The notes below the pieces were generated by a model. The model had not been told where the DNA came from. It did no database searches and saw nothing but the letters and a program-made list of their open reading frames with translations. Position numbers and translations under genes: made by a program. From an uncultured delta proteobacterium (GTDB taxonomy: Bacteria > Myxococcota_A > UBA9160 > SZUA-336), in NCBI GenBank assembly GCA_963704165.1, contig CAVPHD010000004.1, positions 192,001 to 256,000 of the forward strand: DNA of 64,000 bases, in the 5' to 3' direction. Shown one piece after another: positions 1 to 12,500 of this stretch (position 1 is its first letter; every line of letters begins with the position of its first letter).

Positions 1-684
1 GCGATACGTGTCGTCGTACTGCTCGATCGGCGCGTAGGCGCCGCCGAGCGGCGCCGCGTACTGGCTCGTCTCGATCACGTACTCGGTGTTCGGGGTCACG
101 AACGTCGCGCCGTGATCCGACTGGATCAGCCCGCTTCGCACGATCTGAATGGTGGTGAAGTCCTCGAGATCGATCACCGCGACGCGAGCGTTCGCCTTGT
201 CGTTGACGAAGAGGAACTCGCCGTCGTAGTCGCCCTTCGTCTCGGAGAGCGCGGGGTGGTGGACGTCGGCCCAGCGCAGCGGAATGCCCTCCGCGTCGCC
301 CTGCGCGAGGATCGCCTCGCTCTGATCGCCGTAGCCGTATCCCTGCCAGGGCTCGGGCGTGAACACGGCGATCACCTTCAGGATCCGCATGCTGGGCAGG
401 CCGATCACGATCACCTGACCCGAGTGTCCGCCCGACGCGAAGATGTAGTACGGGTCGTGGACACCGGTGGGTGTGTAGGTCTTGAGCGCGGCGATCACGT
501 CCTTCTCCGCGAGCCCGCGCTGCTTCATCAAGGCGCTCGTCGATGCTCCGTTCTGGCCGCTCGAGGGCTGGAGTTCCTGGCCCCCCTGGGGTCCGCACGC
601 CGTCGTGCCGACCCCGAGCACGGAGGCGAGCACCAGCGCGGCCAAGCGCGTCCGGTTCTTCGGTGTCGATTCCCACATCTCCAT
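1..684 (-). CDS. nosZ: Nitrous-oxide reductase, clade II (Sec/lipoprotein type), N-terminal part; runs off the window
   Basis: Manual translation (not in ORF track): ...VGTTACG...AALKTYTPTGVHDPYYIFASGGHSGQVIVIGLPSMRILKVIAVFTPEPWQGYG...WADVHHPALSETKGDYDGEFLFVNDKANARVAVIDL. No Tat motif. Alternative ATGs at 696 and 678. Confidence 0.93.
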   Translation of the reverse strand, partial: MEMWESTPKNRTRLAALVLASVLGVGTTACGPQGGQELQPSSGQNGASTSALMKQRGLAEKDVIAALKTYTPTGVHDPYYIFASGGHSGQVIVIGLPSMRILKVIAVFTPEPWQGYGYGDQSEAILAQGDAEGIPLRWADVHHPALSETKGDYDGEFLFVNDKANARVAVIDLEDFTTIQIVRSGLIQSDHGATFVTPNTEYVIETSQYAAPLGGAYAPIEQYDDTYR

Positions 685-698
685 TCTCCTCTTCATCT

Positions 699-1136
699 CT
701 AGGGCGCTTTGCCCAGGCTGCGGACGTGCGCGACGAGTGCTTTGACCACGTCGGCCTTCGCGATCAGATCAGGATTGCTGGGCATCATCGGGCTGCGACC
801 GACCGCGGCGCCGCCGTAGAGAATGATCTTGTTGATGTGGTCGTCGGTGACCGACTGCTGCCAGGCCGTGTCGTGGAAGTTCCTCGGCTTGGGCGTCAGA
901 GCCGCCGACCCCGGTCCATCGCCCATCCCCGTCTTACCGTGACAGGTGTAGCACCGCGTCTCGAATATCTGTATCGCTTCGGCGCGAACTGTCTCACTCG
1001 ACGCGGGTGCGGGCGCCGCCGCGGGTGCAGGCGCTGCGGCTGGAGTGGGGGCTTTTCCCCCTTCATCCGCGGATCCGCACGCGATCAGTGCGCCAACCAG
1101 GGTCAGCGCGCCGGTTACTTTCACGAGGCCCTTCAT
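699..1136 (-). CDS. Monoheme c-type cytochrome lipoprotein, candidate NosZ electron donor
   Basis: Lipobox LIAC, Ala/Pro linker, CYTCH, distal Met (SPMMP); lies directly upstream of nosZ. Confidence 0.85.
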   Translation of the reverse strand: MKGLVKVTGALTLVGALIACGSADEGGKAPTPAAAPAPAAAPAPASSETVRAEAIQIFETRCYTCHGKTGMGDGPGSAALTPKPRNFHDTAWQQSVTDDHINKIILYGGAAVGRSPMMPSNPDLIAKADVVKALVAHVRSLGKAP

Positions 1137-1165
1137 CCGAATCTCCTTTCGCCCTACGCCCCCAA

Positions 1166-1181
1166 TGCACGGAGCAAGCCG
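1166..1181 (-). promoter_or_regulatory. Possible sigma54 promoter for cyt c-nosZ
   Basis: Minus strand CGGCTTG-CTCC-GTGCA has GG-N10-GC spacing, about 30 nt upstream of ATG 1136. Confidence 0.3.
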
Positions 1182-1223
1182 ACTTTCGTCCGGTATGCTG
1201 CGGGTGGAAGCGAGGCAGGCTGC

Positions 1224-2105
1224 ATGATCGACGAACACCCGTTCGGGCGCACCGGACATTCCAGCTCACGCATCCTGTTTGGCGCGGCGGCCCTCGGAGG
1301 CATGAAGGAAGAGCGCGCGGATCACGTGCTCGAGCTGCTTTTCCAATACGGCGTGAACCACATCGACACGGCCGCAAGCTACGGGGATTCGGAGCTGCGG
1401 CTGGGGAAGTGGTTGCGAACGTATCGCGCCGACTTCTTCTTGGCAACGAAGACGGGGGAGCGCTCTTACGAAGGTGCGCGCGCGGAGCTTCACCGTTCGC
1501 TCGAGCGACTCGGTGTCGACCACGTCGATCTGATCCAGATGCACAACCTCGTCGAGCCCGACGAGCAGGCCCGTGCGCTCGGACCGGGAGGCGCGCTCGA
1601 GGCCCTCGTCGAGGCGAGATCGGAGGGACTCGTGCGCTTCATCGGCGTCACGGGCCACGGCACACGCGCGGCGACGATGCACGCCGCGAGCCTGGCCCGC
1701 TTCGATTTCGACTCGGTCCTCCTGCCCTACAGCTACACGATGATGCGTATACCCGAGTACGCGACCGAGTTCGAGGCTCTCGCCGCGCTCTGTTCGGAGC
1801 GCGGTGTTGCCCTGCAGACGATCAAGTCGATCGCGCGGCGCCGCTGGCGGGAGGGCGATGCGTCCCGGCGTTTCAGCTGGTACGAGCCGATCCGCGATCC
1901 CGAGGCGCTGCGCCGTGCGGTCCACTGGGTCTTGGCTCGACCCGGCGTCTTCCTGAACAGCTCGAGTGACGCGACCCTGCTCCCCGCGATTCTCGAGGCG
2001 GCGAATGAGGTCGCCCCGCGCCCCCCGGACGACGCGATGCTCGCCGACGCCGAGCGGCTCGAGGTGGAGCCGCTCTTCGTCCGCGACGTCTCCGACCGGA
2101 TCTGA
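1224..2105 (+). CDS. Aldo/keto reductase
   Basis: FGRTG, IDTAASYGDSE, LATKT, SLERLGVDHVDLIQMH motifs. Confidence 0.9.
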   Translation: MIDEHPFGRTGHSSSRILFGAAALGGMKEERADHVLELLFQYGVNHIDTAASYGDSELRLGKWLRTYRADFFLATKTGERSYEGARAELHRSLERLGVDHVDLIQMHNLVEPDEQARALGPGGALEALVEARSEGLVRFIGVTGHGTRAATMHAASLARFDFDSVLLPYSYTMMRIPEYATEFEALAALCSERGVALQTIKSIARRRWREGDASRRFSWYEPIRDPEALRRAVHWVLARPGVFLNSSSDATLLPAILEAANEVAPRPPDDAMLADAERLEVEPLFVRDVSDRI

Positions 2106-2218
2106 GACCATCGGCCCCAGCATGACGCTCGAAGCCGCCGGGAATCGGAACGCGCCGGAGAAGCCGGGCCACCCGGTGCGCGTCTGGCGCTGGCTTCGGA
2201 ACGGACTCGCGGAGCGCG

Positions 2219-3703
2219 GTGGAAACGCGTGACCGCGTCGTGAGGCATCGAATCCCGGAGCGCGTCGCGGCGCTAGCGCTCTCGATCGCGCTCTGCGTCT
2301 CGTGCGCGTCGCCGCCGCCCGCCTCCAATGCGTCCACTCGAACGGTCGTACTCTCCTCGGCCGACACCGACGCTCGGGCAGACGAGCAGACGAGTCGCGA
2401 CGTCGCGTCGCAGATCGGAGTGGTGAAGGACGAGAAGCTCGCGAGCTACGTGGAGAACCTCGGGCAGAAGCTCGCGCGCTACGCGCCGCGCCAGCCGTTC
2501 ACATGGCGATTCCAGGTCGTCGATCAGTGGAGCCCCAACGCGTTCGCGCTCCCCGGCGGACACATCTTCGTGTCGCGTGGGCTGCTCGTCCTTTCGAACT
2601 CCGAGGACGAGCTGGCCTGCGTCCTCGCGCACGAGATCGTCCACTCCGCTTCGAGGCACCACGCCGGACGCCAGGCCTACGCGGAGCAGTTGAATCCTTT
2701 CTCGCTCGGCATTCCGCGCATGGCGAGTATCGCCGCCTACGCGCGCGATCAGGAGCGCTCCGCCGACACGGGTGGGCAGCGGATCTGCGCCGCGGCCGGG
2801 TACGACCCGCGCGCTCTCGGCGTGTTCCTGCAGTCGCTCGACAAGATCGAGCGTCTGCAGATGGGCATCTCGCGAATCCCGACCTTTCGCGACACGCATC
2901 CGACGAGCCCGGAGCGCATCGCGAACGCGTCGATCACGGCCGCGACGCTCGCAGCGCCCGCAGACCGGGATCTCCGGGTCGCCCGCGAAGCGTACTTCCG
3001 ACGTCTCGACGGCTTGATGATCGGGGCGGATCCGCGAGAGGGGGTCGTTCGAGGTTCGCGCTTCCTCCACCCGGATCTCGACGTCACGCTCGAGTTCCCG
3101 AGTCGCTGGACGATCTCGAACACGCCGGCCGCCGTGGTCGCGATCTCGACGCGAGGCCGCGCGCGCTTCGCGCTCGAGTACGCGGGGAAGGGCACCGATC
3201 CGGAACAAGTCGCGCGCGCCGAGATCGGTACCCGGCTCGCGCAAATGCGCGTCGTGATCGAATCCGCGGAGGCTCAGCCTACACCCTGCTGCAAGGCCTT
3301 CGTCGTGCGCGGCCGCGTCGCCACTCCCCAGGGTGAGATCGCGGGCCAGCTCACCTGGATTGCGCTCGGCGGGCACGTGTACCGGCTCTCCTCGGTCGCT
3401 CACGCGCTGCAGTTCCAGAAGTACGCCGGCCGGACGTCGAGAATGGTGCGCAGCGTGCGATCGCTGACTCCCGAGGAACGAGCGTCGGTGACCGTGGATC
3501 GGCTTCGACTCGCGCGGGCGAAGCAGGGCGAGACGATCGCCGAATTCTCGGCGCGCACGAAGAACGTCTACGACGTTCACCGGACCGCGATCGCGAACGA
3601 CCTCGAGGTGAGTGCGCGTCTCACCCAGGGACAGCTTCTCAAGATCGGAGTACGAGAACCCTACCGCCCCGCGCTCGACGCTGCGGATACCGGCGGCCAC
3701 TGA
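2219..3703 (+). CDS. M48-family zinc metalloprotease with C-terminal LysM-like region
   Basis: [14 protein letters not shown] (HExxH), THP; lipobox-like LCVSC; start uncertain. Confidence 0.85.
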   Translation: METRDRVVRHRIPERVAALALSIALCVSCASPPPASNASTRTVVLSSADTDARADEQTSRDVASQIGVVKDEKLASYVENLGQKLARYAPRQPFTWRFQVVDQWSPNAFALPGGHIFVSRGLLVLSNSEDELACVLAHEIVHSASRHHAGRQAYAEQLNPFSLGIPRMASIAAYARDQERSADTGGQRICAAAGYDPRALGVFLQSLDKIERLQMGISRIPTFRDTHPTSPERIANASITAATLAAPADRDLRVAREAYFRRLDGLMIGADPREGVVRGSRFLHPDLDVTLEFPSRWTISNTPAAVVAISTRGRARFALEYAGKGTDPEQVARAEIGTRLAQMRVVIESAEAQPTPCCKAFVVRGRVATPQGEIAGQLTWIALGGHVYRLSSVAHALQFQKYAGRTSRMVRSVRSLTPEERASVTVDRLRLARAKQGETIAEFSARTKNVYDVHRTAIANDLEVSARLTQGQLLKIGVREPYRPALDAADTGGH

Positions 3704-3726
3704 TGCCCACGTGGAGGACGACGACG

Positions 3727-5881
3727 ATGGCGAACACGAGATTCCTGATTCTGTCGGCCCTGCTTCTCTCGGCGCTCGCGTGCGGGGAGCGTGAGGAGCA
3801 GAAGCCGCCAGCGGCGGAGGCGGTAGCCCCGGCTCCGGCAGCTGCGCCCGAGGTGGAACCGAAGGCGGGTCGAGTCGATGCCGCGCGCGTCGCAAACGCC
3901 GATCGGGACGCTGGTCAATGGCTGGTGCACGGCCGCACGACGAGCGAGCAGCGCCACAGCCCGCTCGCGTCGATCGGCCGAGGCAACGTGAAGATGCTCG
4001 GGCTCTCGTGGTCCTTCGACCTGGGATCGACGCGCGGGGTGGAAGCCACGCCGATCGTCGTCGATGGCGTGATGTACGTGACCGCGTCGTGGAGCGTGGT
4101 CTTCGCGCTCGACGCGAAAACCGGCAAGCAGATCTGGAAGTACGATCCGGAGGTGCCGGGCGAGTGGGGACGCAACGCCTGCTGCGACGTCGTGAATCGC
4201 GGCGTCGCCGTCTGGGAAGGCTCCGTCTTCGTCGGAACCCTCGACGGACGGCTCGTCTCGCTCGATGCCGCGACGGGTGCGGTGAACTGGGACGTGCTGA
4301 CGATCGACCGCAGCCTGCCCTACACGATCACCGGCGCGCCGCGCGTCGTGAAGGGAAGGGTCGTGATCGGCAACGGCGGCGCGGAGCTCGGCGTGCGCGG
4401 CTACGTGACCGCCTACGACGCGAAGACCGGCGCGCAGGCCTGGCGTTTCTACACGGTGCCCGGCGATCCGTCGAAGCCCTTCGAGCATCCGGAGATGGAG
4501 AAGGCCGCGAAGACCTGGACGGGCGAGTGGTGGAAGGTCGGCGGCGGCGGCACCGCGTGGGACTCGATGGCCTACGATCCCGATCTCGATCTGCTCTACG
4601 TCGGCACCGGCAACGGCTCACCGTGGAGCCGCACCGCCGCGCAGTCCGGGTGGCGGCGACAATCTGTACCTGTCTTCGATCCTCGCGCTGCGCCCCGACA
4701 CCGGCGAGCTCGCGTGGCACTACCAGACCACGCCCGGCGACAACTGGGACTACACCTCCGTGCAGCCGATCGTGCTCGCGGAGCTCGAGATCGGCGGCGC
4801 GAAGCGCAGGGTGCTGATGCAGGCGCCGAAGAACGGCTTCTTCTACGTGCTCGATCGCGAAACGGGCGAGCTGATCTCGGCGGAGCCGTACGTCGCGGTC
4901 ACTTGGGCCACGGGCGTCGATCCGAAGACGGGCCGGCCGGTCGAGACCGCTCACAGCTCCTATCTGCAGGAAGCGAAGCTCATGCTTCCCGGACCGCAGG
5001 GCGGTCACAACTGGCATCCGATGGCGTTCAGTCCGAAGACCGGGCTCGTCTACCTGCCCGCTCACGATACACCGTTCTGGTACAAGGACGAAGGCGTGTT
5101 CAAGCTCCGGCCGGGCACCTGGAATCTCGGGCTCGACATGGATGTCGTCGTCGAGCGCACCGAGAACGAGACGCCCACCGCGAAGGGGCAACTCGTCGCC
5201 TGGGATCCGGTCGCGAAGCAGGCGCGCTGGCGCGTCGAACACGATGGCCATTGGAACGGCGGTGTTCTCTCGACCGAGGGCGGGCTCGTGTTCCAGGGGT
5301 TGGGCAACGGACTGTTCCGAGCCTACGACGACGAAACCGGCGCGGTGCTCTGGGAGGTGCGCTCGCCGACGGGAATCATCGCGCCACCGATCACGTACGC
5401 GATCGGCGACGAGCAGTACGTCGCCGTGGCGACCGGCTGGGGCGGCGGCTCGATCGCGGGCGGACTCGACGAGACCACGGCCATCGCGAAGCATCACAAC
5501 CTGGGCCGCGTGCTCGTGTTCAAGCTCGGAGCGACGGGTGCGATGCCGACCAATCCGCCGCGCGACCGTACCGTTCCGCCGCCGCCGGTGCTCGAAGCGT
5601 CCGCGGAAGCGGTCGCGGCCGGAAAGAACACCTACAACAACTACTGCCTCTGGTGTCACGGCTTCTCGGTCGCGTCGAGCTTCCTCGTTCCGGACCTGCG
5701 CATGATGAGCGCGGAGCGCCACGCGGCCTTCGAAGACATCGTGCTGCGCGGGGCGCTGCGCGGGACGGGTATGCCTCCATTCGAGGGCATGTTGACGCCG
5801 GAAGAGGTCGCGAACGTGCGCGCCTACGTCGTGGGCGAAGCGCGAAAGGCGTACGAGAAGCAGCAGGCGCCCCGGAACTAG
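3727..5881 (+). CDS. Quinohemoprotein (PQQ + heme c) alcohol dehydrogenase, type II; frameshift near 4637
   Basis: [35 protein letters not shown]-terminal CLWCH; joined from two frames. Confidence 0.9.
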
Positions 5882-6561
5882 ATCCAGTCCAACGCGCGCG
5901 CGAGGATTCCCGTCGCATCCTCGCGCGCGCACGCGCCGTGCGCGATCACGAGCCGCTCGGGCTTCCAGCCGAGCACCTTCGTGCGGGCGGCACGCGCGGG
6001 TCCTCGCCGCAGAAAGCTCGCTCGAAGCTCGCGCGGGGCGCTGCCGCGCTCACCCACCAGACCGTCGAGCCGCATCAGCATCCCCTTGAGTCCCCCGAGT
6101 CGTGCCGGATCGTGTCGCTGCACGAGGTCGCCGACGATCGCCGTGCGCGACGGGCGATGGAAGAACGCGACTTCTTCCAGGGCGAACGAGCCGCGGAAGA
6201 TCGTCTGATCGATCTCGTCGGCCCAGGCGGGATCCGCCACGTCTCCGAGCTCCGCGTGAAACCGAAGCTCGGGTTTGCGACGAGCGAGGCCCGGCGGCGA
6301 ATGGAGCCGCGCGTCCGGCCAACGCCTTGCCCACTCCGCCAGGAAGAGGTGGTGGATCTTGTTGGGCGAGACGATCTGGCGAACCGGTCCGATCGCGTCG
6401 ACCGCGCGCTCGAGCTCGGCGGTGAGCGCGATCGGCGACCAGACCCACGCGCTCCCGTCGGCGAGGCGCGCGATCGCCATCCGCGTGGGATAGGGGAAGC
6501 CGTAGAACGAAACCGTGGGACCGTCGGCCAGGTACAGAGAGGGTCCGAACTCCTCGAGCAT
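5878..6561 (-). CDS. DUF4336-like metallo-beta-lactamase-fold protein
   Basis: [35 protein letters not shown]. Confidence 0.72.
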   Translation of the reverse strand: MLEEFGPSLYLADGPTVSFYGFPYPTRMAIARLADGSAWVWSPIALTAELERAVDAIGPVRQIVSPNKIHHLFLAEWARRWPDARLHSPPGLARRKPELRFHAELGDVADPAWADEIDQTIFRGSFALEEVAFFHRPSRTAIVGDLVQRHDPARLGGLKGMLMRLDGLVGERGSAPRELRASFLRRGPARAARTKVLGWKPERLVIAHGACAREDATGILARALDWI

Positions 6562-6585
6562 TCCGGCATCGTACCGCCGTTCGGC

Positions 6586-7866
6586 TCAGCTCTCCTCGAC
6601 CACGCCCTTGGGCGCCCGCTGATTCATGAACCCGAACATGTAGCCGGCGACGCGGCGCATCTGGATCTCCTCGGCGCCCTCGGTGATGCGGTAGCGGCGG
6701 TGGTGCCGGTAGATGTGCTCGAACGGCTTGTGGCGCGAGTAGCCGAGGCCGCCGTGCACCTGCATGGCGCGGTCGGCCGCCTCGCAGCACAGCCGGTTCG
6801 ACCAGTAGTTGCACATCGAGACCTTGTCGGAGACCGAGAAGCGCCGTTGCGTGTCCATCCGCCAGGCGGTCTTGTGGATCAGCGCGCGCAGCATCTCGCA
6901 CTGCGTCTGCAGCTCGACCAGCGGGAACTGGATCCCCTGATTGCTCGCGAGCGGCTTGCCGAAGGGCTTGCGCACCTTGGCGTACGCCACCGATTCGTTG
7001 ATGCAGAACTGCGCCGCGCCGAGGCTCGAGGCGGCCTGGCGGATGCGGTTCTCGTTGAAGAAGTGCTGCACGACCTGCAGGCCGCGGCCTTCACCGCCGA
7101 AGATCGCGCCGTCCGGCACCCGGACGTTCGTGAGCGAGACACGCGCCGTGATCGGTCGGCATGTTGAAGGTCCACAGCATACTCCTCGATCTTGAAGCCC
7201 GGCGCGTTCGTCGGCACGAGGAACGCGGTGATGCCGTCGCCGTCGCCGGCCTTGCCCGCTGGTGCGCGCGAAGATCAGGTCGTACGGCGCCTGGTGGATG
7301 CCCGTGTTCCAGGTCTTCTCGCCGTTGATGACCCAGTCGTCGCCGTCGCGGACCGCCGTGGTCTCCATGTGGGTGGCGTCGGAGCCGTGGTTCGGCTCGG
7401 TGATGCCGAACGCGAAGCCGCGTCGTGCCCGCGAGCAGGTCCGTCGAGCGCACTCCGCCTTCTGCTCCTCGGTGCCGTACGCGAGCATCAGCAGCAGGCC
7501 GACGTTGTTGCCGACGATCGAGTGCTCGTTCTGCAGGTCGTTGTGCAGGCCGAGACCCTTCGCCGCGAGGTGCTCGCGGATGATCGCCATGCCGAGGTTG
7601 GTGCCGTCCCGGCCGCCGTACTGCTTGGGCAACGGGTAGCGGTAGTGCCCGGCCTCGTCGGCGACGCGTCGCGCCTCGCGCAGCAGCAGCTCCCACTCCT
7701 CGTTCGGCAGTCCGCCGTGCTCCCAGTCGGTGCGCGCGTCCTCGCGGCGGTGGTCGAAGAAGCGGATGTTGTCGTTCTGCTGCTCGAGCGGCTTGATCTC
7801 GCGCTCGATGAATTCGTCGAGCTCGACGAGATAGGCGGCGAGGTCCCGGGGAATGTCGAAGTCCAT
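6586..7866 (-). CDS. Acyl-CoA dehydrogenase (internal compensating frameshifts)
   Basis: [45 protein letters not shown]. Confidence 0.88.
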   Translation of the reverse strand: MDFDIPRDLAAYLVELDEFIEREIKPLEQQNDNIRFFDHRREDARTDWEHGGLPNEEWELLLREARRVADEAGHYRYPLPKQYGGRDGTNLGMAIIREHLAAKGLGLHNDLQNEHSIVGNNVGLLLMLAYGTEEQKAECARRTCSRARRGFAFGITEPNHGSDATHMETTAVRDGDDWVINGEKTWNTGIHQAPYDLIFARTSGQGRRRRRHHRVPRADERAGLQDRGVCCGPSTCRPITARVSLTNVRVPDGAIFGGEGRGLQVVQHFFNENRIRQAASSLGAAQFCINESVAYAKVRKPFGKPLASNQGIQFPLVELQTQCEMLRALIHKTAWRMDTQRRFSVSDKVSMCNYWSNRLCCEAADRAMQVHGGLGYSRHKPFEHIYRHHRRYRITEGAEEIQMRRVAGYMFGFMNQRAPKGVVEES

Positions 7867-7986
7867 GGCTGCTCCCTGTTGGCTGTCGGGTGGGCAGCAT
7901 CCTACTCCGCCGACCCGGCTCCGCGTCGCCTCGGGCGAACGCCAGGGTCGCGACGAAGCCGAGGGATTCGCGGTACGCTTCGCTCC

Positions 7987-8877
7987 ATGGCAGGCATCAG
8001 TCATCGGACCTTCGTGAGCTACATCGATCGGACGCGCGAGTTCTACGGCGCGCAGGGCTACGAGAAGCCGTACGTCTGGGCGCGCCACATCGAAGCGCCG
8101 TTCGCGCCGCTGTCGAAGCCGCTCGCGCGAGTGCCGTGTCGCGCTCGTGACGACCGCGAGTCCGTGGCGTGACGAGAAGCCGGTCGATGGGGTGCTGCGC
8201 GGCGACAAGGCGGTGTGGTCGGGGCCGACCGAGCACGCCGCCCGAACGCCTGTTCACCGACGACCTCGCCTGGGACAAGGAGGCGACCCACACCAACGAC
8301 GTCGAGTCGTTCCTGCCGATCCGACGTCTGCAGGAGTTCGCCGCGCAGGGCCGGATCGGCAGCGTCGCGGCGCGGTTCCACGGCGTGCCGACCGACTACA
8401 GCCAGCGCCGCACGATCGAGCAGGACGCGCCGGAGGTCCTCGCGCGCTGCCGCGAAGACGCGGTCGACATCGCGCTGCTCGTTCCTCTCTGACCCGTCTG
8501 CCACCAGACCGTGAGTCTGGTCAGCCGGCACCTCGAGGCGAACGGCATCGCGACGGTCGTGATCGGCTCGGCGCGCGACATCGTCGAGGAGTGCGGCGTC
8601 GCGCGCTTCCTGTTCACCGACTTCCCGCTCGGCAATCCGTGCGGGAAGCCGTACGACGTCGAGATGCAGCGCGCGATCATCGGGCATGGCGCTCGATCTG
8701 CTCGAGAGCGCGCGCGTGCCTCGCACGACCGTGCAGACGCCGTTCCCCTGGAGCGAAGACGAGAGCTGGCGGCAGAATTACGCTCGCATCGACCCCGAGC
8801 GAGCCGAGCTCTTGCGCCGGGCGGGCGAGCGCCGACGCGCTCAGCAAACTGCGGGAAAGAAGGCCGATCCCGGATGA
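7987..8877 (+). CDS. Glycine/proline reductase selenoprotein B-family protein with in-frame Sec (UGA 8490-8492); frameshifts near 8130, 8235 and 8682
   Basis: APLSKPL...ALVTTA...DAVDIALLVPL-TGA-PVCHQTVSLVSRHLEANGIATV...FPLGNPCG; UxxC motif, with the family-like sequence continuing across the TGA. Confidence 0.82.
8499..8530 (+). ncRNA. Bacterial SECIS element
   Basis: Stem ACCAGAC (8503-8509)/GTCTGGT (8515-8521); loop CGTGA has G in position 2 and starts 17 nt after the UGA; lower stem TGCC/GGCA. Confidence 0.72.
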
Positions 8878-9257
8878 CCCCACACGCCGCGTCGATCGTC
8901 GCCGCGCAGAAGTGCCTCGACGACTTCATGGCGGCGTTCAACGCCCGCGACCTCGGGGCATTCGAGAAGACGTTCAACTTCCCGAGCGTTCGGCTCGCGT
9001 CGAACACGCTCGTGATCATCGAGCCCGGCTACCACAAGCCGGAGATGTTCGTATCCGGCGCGCTCTCGGACTGGCATCACTCGGCTTGGGAGCGCCGCGA
9101 CGTGATCCACTCCGGCCCCGACAAGGTCCACATCGATACCCGCTTCACGCGCTATCGCGTCGACGGAAGCGCGATCGGCAGCTTCGACTCGATCTACGTG
9201 GTCACGTGCGAGAACGGCCACTGGGGAATCAAGGCACGGTCGAGCTTCGCGCCCTGA
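8874..9257 (+). CDS. NTF2/SnoaL-like protein
   Basis: ATGA overlap with the selenoprotein gene; DDFMAAFNARD...FTRYRVDG...SIYVVT..GHWGI. Confidence 0.6.
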   Translation: MTPHAASIVAAQKCLDDFMAAFNARDLGAFEKTFNFPSVRLASNTLVIIEPGYHKPEMFVSGALSDWHHSAWERRDVIHSGPDKVHIDTRFTRYRVDGSAIGSFDSIYVVTCENGHWGIKARSSFAP

Positions 9258-9946
9258 TCTCCGACGGCGAGCTCATCGCGCCGCTGCGGGCCGGGGTGGA
9301 AGAAGAGTTCCGTCCAGAGCCAGGCGATGGTCTCGGCGAGCACGTCCTTCGCTCCGGCGCTCGTCTGCCACCACGCGTCGAGGTCGTAGGTGGTCGGTCG
9401 AGCCGTGAAGATTCCGATTCGGACCTCCGGGCCGAGCGCGAGTCGATGGAGCGCCCGGGAGCGTCGGCCGTGCACGCCCGACGAGAACACGTCGATCGAA
9501 TCGACATCGACACCGGACCGTGTCACCCACTCGCGTACCATGAGGGCGTTCAGGAAGGATCGGTCGCGCGCCGAGGCCGGGGCGGGAACGGCGACGACCG
9601 AGCCCGCGGCCACGCCGCGAGAGACGATGTAGCGCCTCGCCCGATCCGCGTACGTGTCGGCCGCATCGGGGCGATCGAAGTCGTCCTCGATCGGTCCCCC
9701 CGTCGTCAGGACGAGCTCATGACCATCGCGGCGGACCAGGTCGATGGCCTGGTCGAGCTGACTTCGGGTCAGCCAGCCTTCGACCACCAGGATTCGCGCG
9801 CCGACCGGCTCGTCGATCGCGAGAAAGGTGTGGAGCCGGAGTCCCGCGAGCAGAAGCATCGACCCGCTCGCGATCCCCAGAACGAGCCAGCCCAGAGCCG
9901 TGGGGACGAAGACTTGTCGCCGTCGCAGCAACGCCGGACGCTTCAT
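9194..9946 (-). CDS. YdcF/DUF218-like envelope protein
   Basis: N-terminal TM helix, LVVEGW, TTGG, HGRRS, C-terminal E.IAW. Confidence 0.6.
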   Translation of the reverse strand: MKRPALLRRRQVFVPTALGWLVLGIASGSMLLLAGLRLHTFLAIDEPVGARILVVEGWLTRSQLDQAIDLVRRDGHELVLTTGGPIEDDFDRPDAADTYADRARRYIVSRGVAAGSVVAVPAPASARDRSFLNALMVREWVTRSGVDVDSIDVFSSGVHGRRSRALHRLALGPEVRIGIFTARPTTYDLDAWWQTSAGAKDVLAETIAWLWTELFFHPGPQRRDELAVGDQGAKLDRALIPQWPFSHVTT

Positions 9947-9960
9947 CGCGCGCAGGCGGC

Positions 9961-10584
9961 CTACAGTCGCACTCCCGCGTCGCGCAGGATCGCCGTCAGC
10001 ATTCGCTTCATCACCGCGCGCGCGCTCGTGAGCGAGTTGCCTCGTCCGTGCCGAAGGTGCCCCCAGAGCACGGGCGCCATCGCGGCCGACATCGCCTCGA
10101 GCACCTCGGCCCGATCCGCCGCTTCCAGGTCCGCGAGCTCTCGACGGAACAGACGCTCGACGTCCTGGTGTTGAAGCCGAAGCGCGTCCCTCGACACCCG
10201 CAGGGCCTGATCGGCCGCCGGTCCGATCAGCGTTTGCGCGGTCAGCGCGCGCGTGAATGCCGCCATGGCTTCGAGGAACTTCGAGCGGACCTGCGCCAGA
10301 TGCTCGACGCGGGACGCGATCGGCTCGCGGTCGGAGATCTCCTCCAGGTACGGTGCGCAGCGCTGCATCCCCACTTCGACGACGGCGTCGTAGAGCTCCG
10401 CGAGATCCGCGAAGTGGTTGAAGATCGACCGACGCGAGACGCCCGCGCGCTCGGCGATCTGATCGGCGCTCGGTTGGAGCGCGCCTTCCTGCACGAGATC
10501 CAGGCAGGCTTCACAGATCGCCAAGCGCGACTGAACGGTGCGGCTCTGCCGTCCGTCGAGGTTGCCGGCCGTTCCCGAGGACAT
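9961..10584 (-). CDS. TetR-family regulator
   Basis: IAERAGVSRRSIFNHF HTH. Confidence 0.9.
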   Translation of the reverse strand: MSSGTAGNLDGRQSRTVQSRLAICEACLDLVQEGALQPSADQIAERAGVSRRSIFNHFADLAELYDAVVEVGMQRCAPYLEEISDREPIASRVEHLAQVRSKFLEAMAAFTRALTAQTLIGPAADQALRVSRDALRLQHQDVERLFRRELADLEAADRAEVLEAMSAAMAPVLWGHLRHGRGNSLTSARAVMKRMLTAILRDAGVRL

Positions 10585-10587
10585 GGG

Positions 10588-12429
<1,842 letters not shown>

Positions 12430-12464
12430 CGTGTGGTCATCCTCTGAGCTGGGTTCGGCGATTA

Positions 12465-12481
12465 TTGCACTATGAGTGCAA
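12465..12481. promoter_or_regulatory. Palindromic operator (likely TetR) between divergent BVMO and P450
   Basis: TTGCACT-ATG-AGTGCAA with perfect 7-bp arms in a 71-bp intergenic region. Confidence 0.55.
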
Positions 12482-12500
12482 ATCGTTCAAGCTCGGGTCC

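Noticed and set aside
4740..4765. Lanthanide-dependent PQQ dehydrogenase
   Set aside because: The motif is WDYT; it lacks the extra Asp (WDYD) of lanthanide-binding enzymes.
3703..7167. 1154-aa fusion ORF (also the 895-aa ORF at 42066-44753)
   Set aside because: Artefacts of frameshifts running into off-frame sequence.
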